Of a stretch of DNA of 64,000 nt, positions 24,421 to 35,700 are shown in pieces; the stretch's first letter is position 1, and each line of letters opens with the position of its first letter. The notes under the pieces are model-generated. The model saw only the letters and a list, made by a program, of their open reading frames with translations. It was not told the origin of the DNA and searched no databases. This DNA comes from Macrostomum lignano. Its lineage: Eukaryota. The DNA lies in assembly GCA_002269645.1 (NCBI GenBank), contig NIVC01003083.1, positions 1 through 64,000 on the forward strand, written 5' to 3'. The translations under genes were made by a program, and so were the position numbers.

Positions 24421-27400
24421 AGGGGATTCAACACGAACTGCGGTTCTTGTGCTTGAGCTTCACGGACACACAGTTTATTTCAGATATTGTAAATGCTACG
24501 AACTATATTCCAGAGTCGGAAACAGAAGACAATATTGCTAAGCCAATCCTTCCTCACTCTGCTGCCATGACAACTGAAGCAATAAAAAGCTATTTTAAAG
24601 CAATTTCATGGTATAGAAAAGCATAGATAGGGTCTTGAGAATTATATGGACCTTAGTTTCCATTGGCCTGAGCCATCGATCGCAACTTTTTGCGCTTGAC
24701 TTTCCCTGCCTACCTGTACGAGCGTACATCTCATGAATTTCCCAGAAGTACTTGCGTCCTGTCCACAGAATAAACCAGGGTTTGAGACCATGATTAAAAG
24801 GCTGGTTTTTTCCGGCAATTGCTTCCGGTTGCATTAAGGATTACATTAATAGAGCTATTATTACTTTCCGAATGAATAGCTACTGTAGTAGTTTGATATC
24901 AACTACCTTGCTGTTGGGAATTGTGAATTGTAAATTGTGACCAGTCCTAATATTAGACAATTGCATTTTACTCCCATATCTTTGTGTTCGTGTACGTGCT
25001 ACTTATAATAGGAGGATTTGCATTTGAAATTAAAAGGCTGCTGCGGTGGGGTTGGAGGCCGGGGCAGGTGACAATTGAACTCACTGCACGAGAAGTATGC
25101 CAGGAGTGCTATTGAGGCGAGACAATATCGTAGATGATTGAACAGAACAATCTGAAAGTTCTGTTAATGAAAGTCGGCCGCCTCAACGCGACTACACGCT
25201 GCTCGTCTACGGTGGAGCACAATAGCTTCTCGCGAAATCCCATAGTCCAGGTCTTGTAGATAGTCCTCGAAATAGCTATCTAGCACTAAGCATAAATGTT
25301 TTAATTAATAGACTAGACAATGCTTTTCAATTATATTTAGGGAAAAAATGAGTTCGAGTTCTCTCTGCTTCCTGCTCTTCTCAGTTGACAGTTACGGGCT
25401 AAGTCGGTCCATGCAGGTCAGTCCTTTACGATGCAGTGACGTCGATCACAGATTCACGTGGTACTAATTAATGAATACGTTATAATAATTATTAATTAAA
25501 TGAATGTTCATAAGCCGCAAAGGAAGTTTTATTGCCCTAAACTGAGATTTCTAGCTTTGCTACTACACAGCAATCTGCGTCCCCTGGGAGCAACAATTAA
25601 AGGACTAATTTTTAATAAACTACTCTTATACATGTAGCTTTGACCTTGTACATGTACATTCGCTATTATTAGGAAACTAAAGGAAACTGCTCTTAAAGCA
25701 GAAAGCATCAGCCCTGAAAGCCAGCTATTATCCTAAGATAAGATAAGATACTGTCAGCATCCTCTCTGTGTGTGAGCTTACTTTTAGTTGCGAACTTGTT
25801 GCGTACTTTTACAGAAAGTAACTATGATAATAATTTCACTTTTTGGTCATGAAGCTAAAATAATACATATTTTCTTTCTTAAAACAAGTTTTTAGAACTT
25901 TTTAAAACAGCCTGCGCAATATATACTTCATCAATTAGTTAATAATTAGTAATTATCATTAAGATGATATTATTTACTCAATTATTTTTCGAATATCATG
26001 CTGCAACTTCTGCAACACTGTCAGCCACTGATTGCCGATCAATTCTACGATTTCTACTATAGTAAATACACTGGTACTACACTAGTAACACAAAAAATTT
26101 AGTGAACGATGCGTGCATGTAAACAATCAGTCAGCAATAAATAAATAAATCCACTATTTTGGGCGAGGCCAAGTTGAGTAAAGCGCAGAGAAGTGACGCG
26201 ATTTGCATGTAGGTTTACATGTATAGAGAGCGCGGAAGGGGCGAGGTGTTGTCCAATCAGAGGTAAGGCTTTAAAGTTGACTACATGTGTATATGTAGGT
26301 GCACCCAACCCAAAAGAACAAGGCTGAGGTTAATTAAGCGTACAGGTGCACCAATCGCAGACTGGCAGGCCACGCACCACACTACTAGCTAAAACAATCA
26401 ATATACTAAATAATAGCACTAATAATAGGCGTAAAGAAGACTGACTACAGTGGCTATAGTAAGTAGTTATAATGATTGACTACAGTGGCAACTGATTGGT
26501 TTTCATTCGATAATTTTATTTTACTTGTTTTACTGAAGGCTAGCTACATCATTTAAAACAATTCTAAGCTTGGTTTCTTCGCCTTAAACGTCCAGGAGAA
26601 TTGGTCTGAGAAGCTTAAATTATATGCATTTATATTCGTTAAACATTTCTGTTTGCAAAAACCGGGTATTGCCCATATCGGAATCAGGGACTACTCAAAC
26701 ACAGTAGTCCCTGATCGGAATAAAGTATCGGAATAAAAGGGGTATCGCCGATACTCAAATTTGGGTATTTGGGTAAGAGCTTTCAAGTCTTGGTCAATAG
26801 TGGACTATAGCAGATCGGCAGTAGTTTTTTCAGAAAGGGTATCGGAGTATCTGTTTTCACGGATCCTTTTTTGAGTATTGATGGGTTCGGCCTTTTTAAG
26901 CCTATAAGCTTCAAGCCTCAGAATTCAGAAATGAATCACTTAGAACTCTGGCCTCTCACTCCTGTCAGATGATCAGCCCCATGGTAGCTAGATTGTGGGC
27001 GAGCAGCAAGGTCCTATAGCTAGGAGAAGACAACGAGAGACAAGCAGGGAGAATTTGAAAGGTAGAGATTAGCTAATCCGCAGATTAACTAACCCGCTGC
27101 CACCAGTCCGTGCGCCCCGGTTCACCAAACCGGAGCTATCGAAATCGGACTTCCGACTAGAGGGGCACTGCACTTACCTGCCATCTAGTGCCTTTTAGCT
27201 GTCTATCTCGAAGTCATAGCCGAATAGAAGGGACGCTGCTGGGACTTAGATCGCATTGGCCATGCAGGGACAGAGAGGACTTCTGCAGGGGGTTCTTGCG
27301 CTGGCGAGCCTCTATACACTACTAAATGTACTATTTCATTACCAAATTCCCAGAAGTACATGTATAAGTACACGTAACTGCACGCTTTTGGCACTAAATG

Positions 27401-28971
27401 TGTTAACACTTCGACAGATAGCGATGATGTAGCTGCATTGTCACTTTCGGAGATCGTTAGACTAATATTTAACTTACTTTAGCCGCTTAACTGCCTGTGA
27501 CCGCGCCAAAGCGCCAGTCTGGCTCTTAATCTGCATGCTTAACATAATGATTTCTGAGATTGACTGATTGACTGGGAACTGTGCCGCTTCCGGTCCACCG
27601 TGACCTCTGCCTCTAGATTTAGCCGCTCATCTCAGCTGGCATTGCGAAAAAGAAAGAAATCGCTAAGTCTTTAACTTCCAAATTTAACTTTCTCACTTAA
27701 TCCGCAATCCTAAACACTTTAGATTGAGTTAGAGCAAATGGCTACTTTTAATATTAACTAACACTTCTGCCTCGAGATTGGCACACAAAAGCAAGTAAGC
27801 AAAAGTGCAAATCCTATCAGACTACCTAGGAAGGGGTCAGACAAAGGGTGCACCCAGTTAAGCAGGTCAGGAGAGCCTCTCACCAAACCAATCAGAGGAC
27901 CTATCTGCCGGTAGCCAAGGCATCCACAGAGACCGAAGCGCTTAGGTGGGATGCTGCTGCTGATCTTGACTGACGATTGCCGCCGCTGCTCTTCACTTGC
28001 CGATAGTCGTTGCTGCTCTTAGATAACTGCCGGGAGATATTGATGATGCTTCTCAGGGGGGACTTAGCTGTTGAAGCCGAAACTGCCGGGGAAAGGGGGA
28101 TCAGGTCGGCAGTGTAGTGTAGTTCAGTGCGATGTACAATATTGGCGCGCAAATATTGTTAGTCACGTGTTGCAATGTATTACGTAAGACTCACGCGCAC
28201 TTACTCTTCGCATATATAAATATACTTGCAGGGCAAGTCGGCCCATTTCTAAGATTCTTCGTGCACTCACAAACCCTCCGATTTTGTCTGAGTCACTACA
28301 GGCAGGACCAGAAGAGGAGGACCAGGGTCCGCTCTTCAGTAAGGCGCCAAATTTTCTGATTGGTCGAGCCGGGGGCAGTCAGGTCGACTCTGATTGGCTG
28401 AGCTCAAGACCCCAAAACCCACCCCACCAGGTGGCCTTCAGACCCCAGGGAAGTTGATAGGTGCGGTCATAAATCATAAGCAAAACATAATAAAAGTCAC
28501 TTGTCTAGACATCCTGGCACCAAAAGTGACAGCAAAACGCCCATAAATCAAAGTAGAAAGCAACAGAGCGAGTGGGGAGAGAGCTGGAAAGACCTCTTTG
28601 ACCCAGACAGGCTGGAGCCAAAAGTGACAGCTAGACGGTCATAAATCACTGAAAACAGTAAAAAAGCCACAAATCTGGGGGTCAGAACGAGGTTGAAAAC
28701 GTCCCTCCCAGACTTAGTGTCGCCTGTCTAGACTGTTGGAGGTCAATCCATCTCAAACCCTGACAGTCTGACCTTCAAAGGTGCGTAAACAATCCAAAAT
28801 TAGAATCCTAAGAGAAGTACATTGAGTACCTAACATAACTAATAGTAATGGCATAAATTAGTATAGAACTTAGCCTAGATGAGAAGAGAATGGAGAGAAA
28901 TTCCTAAGTTAGCCTACTGACAGTAGGGGAAAAGCGCATCGAAGCAAAATGTGCGGTTCTAAGATTGAAAA

Positions 28972-31592
28972 CTTACTTACTTACTACTGACGGGGGGCGC
29001 AGGCGCCGCGAATAGGCCGCGAGGCCCCTATCGCAACCCCAAGGTAAAAGAGCACAAGGATTAGCCTTGGGGGTGCGCCCAGTCCCCGCCAGTAGTCGGC
29101 AGGTCCGCAGTGGAGGCATCGGCGACCCTCATCCGGCCGGAGTCCCGGACGAAGGCGCGGAGGTCTCGGATATTGTCCGCGGTGGTCAGCTCGTCCATCC
29201 GCTGGGGGTGGCCGAGGTATTTGTGCCGCGCCTTGTTGAAGTAAGGGCAGAAGGTGACGTGATGCTCCGCGGTCTCCTCTCCTATGCCACAGAAGGGACA
29301 GGTGGGAGGGCAACCGGTTTGCAACGATATATGTCTCTGGAAGAATCCGTGGCCGGTTAGGACCATGCACATCTCCCTGAGGTCGGTTCTGTTAAGCGAA
29401 ATCAGATAATCAGAGACTTTCCTGTTCAGGTTAGGCATGGCAGAGCGGCTCTGCCTGTACTCGGTGCAGCTGTTCCAGTGGAGCTGGTGCTGCTGATGGA
29501 GCCACCTGTTGATATGGCGGGTGACTTGCGACCTGGGGGTGGGTAGCCTCATCAGACGGTGGTTGCCGTCTGGGTTGCTGCCCTCCTTGGCGAGAGAGTC
29601 CGCGAGCTCGTTGCCCAGGATGTTGCTGTGACCAGGTGTCCAGATAATTCTAATCCTGTTAAGGACTGAGAGAGATTGCACACTGCGGTGGCATTGAGAT
29701 ACTGTAGCAGCGGAGATATTCTCAGTGGTTAAGGCCTTAATAGCAGCTTGGCTATCAGTGTAGAAATTAATGTCAAAATTATTAATGTTCGCCTGAAACA
29801 GTTGCTGGGCACACTGCTCAATGGCGCAAATTTCAGCTTGGAAAACTGAGGTGTTCTCACCGAGGTGCAGACTTTCCTGGAGAAGCATCTTACCCTCGTG
29901 GAAAATGGCAATACCCGCTCCAGCGCGGCCGTTGAACAGCGAGCCGTCGGTGAAGCAGTGAATGCCCTGGCTGCGCCGGTTCACACCGACATCCAGCGGA
30001 ATGTTGTCTCGGCCAGGGATGGCGGTCTTGAAGCCCCTCCTGATGTTGAGGGCGGGAGGTCGACTATCCACATTGCCCAGGTCCATGTGGATGTTGTTAA
30101 GGTCGCGGCGGACAAAGTCCATATGCGGGATTAATGTTTTCATTGGCATAAAGCCAGAGGGCGCGTTATTTAACGTTTTATCTCTGATAAGCCGGGAGGC
30201 AGACTTCATAGCCTCCGCCCTAATAAATAGGTGAAGCGGAGGTAGGTTAAGGATAGTGTTCAGCCCCTCGTAAGGGGTGGACGGGTACGCACCTGTGATG
30301 GCACGGCAAATGCTGCCCTGAAGCTGGTTCAGCCGCTGACGGGCGGCCTTCTGCTCCAGCACGCTAGTCCAGATGAGACTCGCGTATGTGATACTGGGCC
30401 GGATGATGCCGGTATAAATCCAACGGACCGTTCTAGGCGAGAGGCCCCAAGTCGGCCCGATGGCTCTGCGCAGCTGGGCAAAGCAGCGTTTTGCCCGACC
30501 GATGACGTTATCAAGGTGCTTCGTCCAGCGCAGGTCATGCGTTAGCGTCACACCGAGGTATTTGACCTCCTTCTTGAAGGGGATGTTTCTGCCATAGACA
30601 GTGAGGTTTTTCATCTCCCACTTACGGCGCTTGGTGAAAACGACAGCGACAGTCTTAGTGACGCTGATTTTTAGGCCATGCTGTGTAGCCCAGTCGGCCG
30701 CCTTGTCGGCGAATTGCTGCATCAGGTTGCGCAGAGTGGCGGGGTCGGGTCCGCTGACGACCGCGGCAACGTCATCGGCGTAGCCCGCCCTGGTGATACT
30801 GCTGGGAATGTCAGCGGTTAGAAGTTCGTCCATGACGAGATTCCAGAGAAGTGGAGTTAGCACGCCACCTTGCGGGCCGCCTTTCATCACCGCCCGGGTG
30901 AGGGTAACGCCCATAAGTGTGGATGTCACAAACCTTTTGCGGATCATAAAATAAATCCAGCGAACAATGCTGTGTCTTACATTCCTGCGGGAAAGAGAAT
31001 TTCTGAAGGAGCGGAAGAGGACATTGTCAAATGCTCCTTCGAAGTCAACGAACAACCCGCAAGCGAGTTGTTTGCTAAGGATGGCACTCTCAATTTTGGA
31101 GGTAATGGCGTGGAGAGCATGCTCAGTCGTCCTCCCAGGCTGGAAGGCGTACTGGTACTTACTGACAGGGTCGGAGCGCAGGTCGCACTCTCGAAGCCTC
31201 CACAGGATGAGCCTCTCCATCAGCTTAACACAAAAGGAAGTGAGGCTGATGGGCCGGAAGGATTTCACGTTGGTGTAGTCACCCTTAGCAGGTTTCGGGA
31301 TGAACACGACTCTGGACATTCTCCAGATTGTGGGAATGTAACCTGTGGTATAACAGTCAACAAGCAATTTAGAGAAAGAATCAGCAAAGTTTTGCAGCTT
31401 TAGCGCCTCCTGCAGGATACAGGGGGCGATATTGTCAGGGCCAGACGATTTATACGGTTTAAAAGAATTTGCTGCCAGCTGGAGTAGCTGGGGGGTGGCG
31501 CACTGCTGGAAAAGCTTGTGATCACAAGGCCTGTGGTCATCGACCACGTACTCCGGTTCGTCAACCTGCGGAAAGCAAGAAGATTGAAAAAA
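28972..31592 (-). mobile_element. 5'-truncated non-LTR retrotransposon (RT + RNase H; LOA/R1/I-group-like) with 15-bp TSD
   Basis: TSD ttctaagattgaaaa at 28957-28971 and 31593-31607. The 3' tail is (GTAA)n. No endonuclease domain is present in this copy. Confidence 0.9.
29061..31547 (-). CDS. Reverse transcriptase-RNase H ORF (828 aa, uninterrupted)
   Basis: [49 protein letters not shown], RNase [26 protein letters not shown] and a C-terminal CPFC..E..EH knuckle. Confidence 0.95.
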   Translation of the reverse strand: MVDDHRPCDHKLFQQCATPQLLQLAANSFKPYKSSGPDNIAPCILQEALKLQNFADSFSKLLVDCYTTGYIPTIWRMSRVVFIPKPAKGDYTNVKSFRPISLTSFCVKLMERLILWRLRECDLRSDPVSKYQYAFQPGRTTEHALHAITSKIESAILSKQLACGLFVDFEGAFDNVLFRSFRNSLSRRNVRHSIVRWIYFMIRKRFVTSTLMGVTLTRAVMKGGPQGGVLTPLLWNLVMDELLTADIPSSITRAGYADDVAAVVSGPDPATLRNLMQQFADKAADWATQHGLKISVTKTVAVVFTKRRKWEMKNLTVYGRNIPFKKEVKYLGVTLTHDLRWTKHLDNVIGRAKRCFAQLRRAIGPTWGLSPRTVRWIYTGIIRPSITYASLIWTSVLEQKAARQRLNQLQGSICRAITGAYPSTPYEGLNTILNLPPLHLFIRAEAMKSASRLIRDKTLNNAPSGFMPMKTLIPHMDFVRRDLNNIHMDLGNVDSRPPALNIRRGFKTAIPGRDNIPLDVGVNRRSQGIHCFTDGSLFNGRAGAGIAIFHEGKMLLQESLHLGENTSVFQAEICAIEQCAQQLFQANINNFDINFYTDSQAAIKALTTENISAATVSQCHRSVQSLSVLNRIRIIWTPGHSNILGNELADSLAKEGSNPDGNHRLMRLPTPRSQVTRHINRWLHQQHQLHWNSCTEYRQSRSAMPNLNRKVSDYLISLNRTDLREMCMVLTGHGFFQRHISLQTGCPPTCPFCGIGEETAEHHVTFCPYFNKARHKYLGHPQRMDELTTADNIRDLRAFVRDSGRMRVADASTADLPTTGGDWAHPQG

Positions 31593-32791
31593 TTCTAAGA
31601 TTGAAAAAAAGGTGCGTCCTCATCAGTATCGTGCGCAACACTGCTTGGGGGGGGGGGGTTGGCCCTCAAGGGCGTTAATTGCGCGAACATGCAGACCCAA
31701 GCGGAGATTCTTATGGGATTGATGTGACTGCACTGCACTTAATTAGGGCCGTCAATGTAATGTAAAAGTGCATATTTGTCATAAACGTCAATTATAGACG
31801 TCGGGAATGCATGTTGGCCGACGTCGCTGCGACGTCGGATTGCTGTACGGGAAGTCAGCACTTGCATGTGTAAAAGAGCTGTATACAGCTGTACGAGCTA
31901 AGTACATGTACATGTGTAAAGGCTCGTTCACTATACACCGTACAATAACTAGAGATTTGACGGTCTGCGACCACGATAGTCCAGCATCGGTTTATCCACA
32001 GTGGTACGGTGTATTCATTAACACACTTGTATAGATATCTGTAAATGTGTACTAACTATATGTAATAAACGTACATAATTCAATAAAAAGACATTTATAT
32101 AAAGTATGTACACATATGTACGCAACTTCTTTTCTAATAAAAATATTAGAATATATAAATAAAACTACCAAAATTTAGTTCCGTTACATTTAATAACCTT
32201 TAAATGTCCGCAGAAAACGCAAACCTAAAAAATAATTTGAAATGAATTGTTGACCATAAATGGCCAGCGATGAATAAAGTAGCCTCATATATCAAAAGTT
32301 ACTCATAACTTTTTAAAGCGCTTCATATTTTGTCTGTTCTATTTATATACATATAAATGAATAACCAACGATAATTTTTTATTAATTTATTGATATTTTT
32401 ACTTAAAATTTGTTTAGAAGTGTCAACAATTTTTTAATTTTGACTGAATTTACAAATTTTTAAGCCTCAGTCTGGCTGTTGAGCCTTTGAAGGTGGTGTA
32501 GGTCGAATTGTTTTTTGCCTGACGTAACCTAAGTAATCAATTGAACTTGATTAAACTTGATTAAACTTGTACGAAGTTAATGCATGCCTGCTTTTTCTAA
32601 AATTCGTTGAATCTTTACAACCTCAATCAAATCAAAATGAAATAATTCTACTGCCCCATGCCCCGCCCACTTGTTAGCCTAGGCCTGGATAAAAAGTTTT
32701 GATTCCTGCTGAATTCTACGTTAGTAGTATTTGTTGATCAATGAGATAGACCTAATCAGCCAATATTCAGAGCCTAATTTTTGGCATCATC

Positions 32792-35700
32792 ATGCCTCTC
32801 GGCGATCATATAGACTGCTCAAGACAGGCAATATTTGAGAAGCATCCACAGTTGCTTAGCATTATTAAAGTTTCAGACCCATGGGAGTTCTATATTAACA
32901 TTAGAGAAATTGGAAGTGGTACATATGGTCGAGTTTTCAAGGTAAGTGAGCTATGTATTTTAATGTTAGGAATTTAATATTAATACCTCCCTGGCCTAGG
33001 CCTATAGACTTTAGATATAAGACCAAGGTGGCCTCAAAATTGAATCTCTATTATATCTACTCTTTCTACCAATTATTTTCAACCTAATAGCTATTGTTAT
33101 ATTAAGTATTATGTTTATTTAATCATATTCACAACTATTGTCAGAATTGATACAAAAAATATTTGAAACAAAAAAATATATATAACTAATATAAAAGCTT
33201 GAACCTTTTCAGTTTTACTGCCAATTCATTCAATAATGATACTATCTGAAAAAAGTTTTACATCAAGTAATCAATGTCTATTTGTTTATTAAAAATTCAT
33301 TACTAGGCCTAATGTTGACAAAAAAACTTAAAATGCTATAAGCATTAAAGGTTTTGATTTTATTCTAGGCTGCTTGCTTTATTTAGTAGACAAATACCTA
33401 ATAATAAAAGCTGAAAAGAATGTTATTGTTTGGTTTGGCCTAATATAATCCTATTATAGTATCTATCTTTTTAAAACTTAAAAATCTATACCTAGTACCA
33501 ATTATGACCAATAAGAAATCAGGAAATATATAAACAAATGCTTATTCTTTTCTATTTAGACATTTAGAACTATCTAAACTGAATGTCAATGATAAGCCAG
33601 TTTTGTATTATACCCACCCCTAGCCTAGGCTAGTCAGTTTTACATTATAAAATAATATAATAGCAAATAGACCTAAGTTTCTTTAAAATGCTATGTAGCC
33701 ATATGGGGGGGCAGATTATAATAGCCTATCCCATAGCCCAGAGCATGCTAGGTGCCCACCTAAACAAAAATTGAATAATTACAAATGCATGCCAAAAATT
33801 TAAGGGCTAACATACATGCGCAACCTCTAAAATTCGGTCGGCCATGCGACTTAGTTTTAACAAAAATGCAACGTAGTTTTTGGCCAAAAATGCGACTTAC
33901 ATGTAATAAAAACCCTAAAGCAAATTAACGCAACTTTGGGTAAACGGCAGGAGTAACTATGACTGTCTTATTAGGTCAAAATGCCTCGTCAGCTACTTTA
34001 GTTATACTATTTTGGTATTTTTCGGGTGGGCATTTTTGCGACTTCCTTGTTTGGCTGCCAAATCGGTCGGCCAGATCGGCCGACTCGGCCGACTGTTGCG
34101 CATGTATGAGGGCTAACCTATACTCTCAAATCTAGGTTAGTGTTGCAACAATAAATGACCTTTTTTGCCTTTCATGATAATTTGGTTGATTATTTATCTT
34201 TCTTGTCTACCAGGATGGAATTCTTGTACAAAAGTTGTTATATGTTTGTGCACTTTTGTCAAATTTGTGCTTGCTTGCACTGAAAAGGAGCCTACTTGCG
34301 CGTTCTTAAAGAAGGTATGTGCGCACTCCATTGTATGCACTTGTGTGAGAAACTGTTTGCCGCAGAATCACAGACAGGATTTGACTTTTATATGCATTCA
34401 ACAAGGTTATGTGCCATGTAGCGTATGTGCACTCAAGTTCTCCTACTTTTCATAGTCCAGAAGGTTGTTTTTATGCCAGAAAATTTCAAAACAAAAGTAA
34501 AACAAAGAATAATAGTTTTTAGCAAAAACAGTTACTTTAAAGTTTAGTAAAACTCTTATAATTTTTAAAGAATTTTTTTTCAAAAGAAATATAGTGTTCA
34601 AACTACTTTAAACTTGAAGTACAATTTTTTAAATTTACATCGGCGTAGAATTGAAAAACTAGAAAAATTAAATTTCATTTTTTGCGCATTGGGCTGTGAT
34701 CTGCATAATGACTTATTTTTACAGCTGGCATGCACACTTGTGTGCTGCTTCAGAAACGTGCGCGCATTTTCCTACCCCCAAGCAAGAATTCCATCCTAGC
34801 TTGTCTATACTATTTATAGCAAAAAATTGATATGCATAAATATTTGTTTAAATGCCTATTTACAAGCTTAAAAAACTGGAAAGCTTGAAATTTGTACTTA
34901 AAAATCTACTTTTCAATCTTTTTTCTACTTAATACTAATTCTTCTATGTGATTCTATAAAGTGCCTGCCAGGTGTGCATGCACACTATTTTCTTATGGGT
35001 AATGTACACCAACTGTGCACGCCTAACTTTTGTCATGCAAGGCCTATGCACACCTAAATTTTTGGGCATATACTATATAATCTGGAGTGTAGAGCCTATC
35101 AGATGCCAATATGTGATATGTAGCTTGTTGAGGTTAAACTTGAATTAGGCCTATACTAATAAATAATGTCTTCATTAATTTGTAATAATACACAGTTACA
35201 CATACTGTGATACATGCGCAACCCCCCTGATTTACACTGGCCATGCGACTTACTTTTTGACCAAAAATGCGACTTACCTGTGGAAGAAACTAGAGCAACA
35301 TTAACCTAATTGTGGGTAAATGGCGGGAGTAACTATGACTGTCTTATAAGGGCTAAATGCCTCGTCATCTAATTAGTACTACGTCTATTCTTTGGGGTGG
35401 GCATTTTTGCGACTTACCCCTGGTCCACCACAATTTACGGTGGCCAGATCGGCCAGGTCGGCCAGCAGTTGCGCATGTATGCATACTGTACTTCAATGAT
35501 TGCATCTTTGCTCTATCATAGAAATGCATTAATTTTTTGGCACCAGGCACTATGGGTCCAAATTCTGGGTGCAGCAGGAATTCCCAAATCTACGGGAATT
35601 CTGGGCATCAGTGTGGAGAAGTGGGAAAGTAAAGTTTTTTTCAATGTATCTGCATAAATTTTAAAATAAATCTAATTAAGTCAAGTTTTCCGATTTTGTT

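Noticed and set aside
29067-31678. Plus-strand ORFs overlapping the LINE, and antisense ORFs over MAP4K and Gypsy exons
   Set aside because: Shadow ORFs of GC-rich coding sequence on the other strand or frame.
33938-35377. True rRNA gene
   Set aside because: Only ~60 nt match 28S, and each match is enclosed in TIRs and TSDs.
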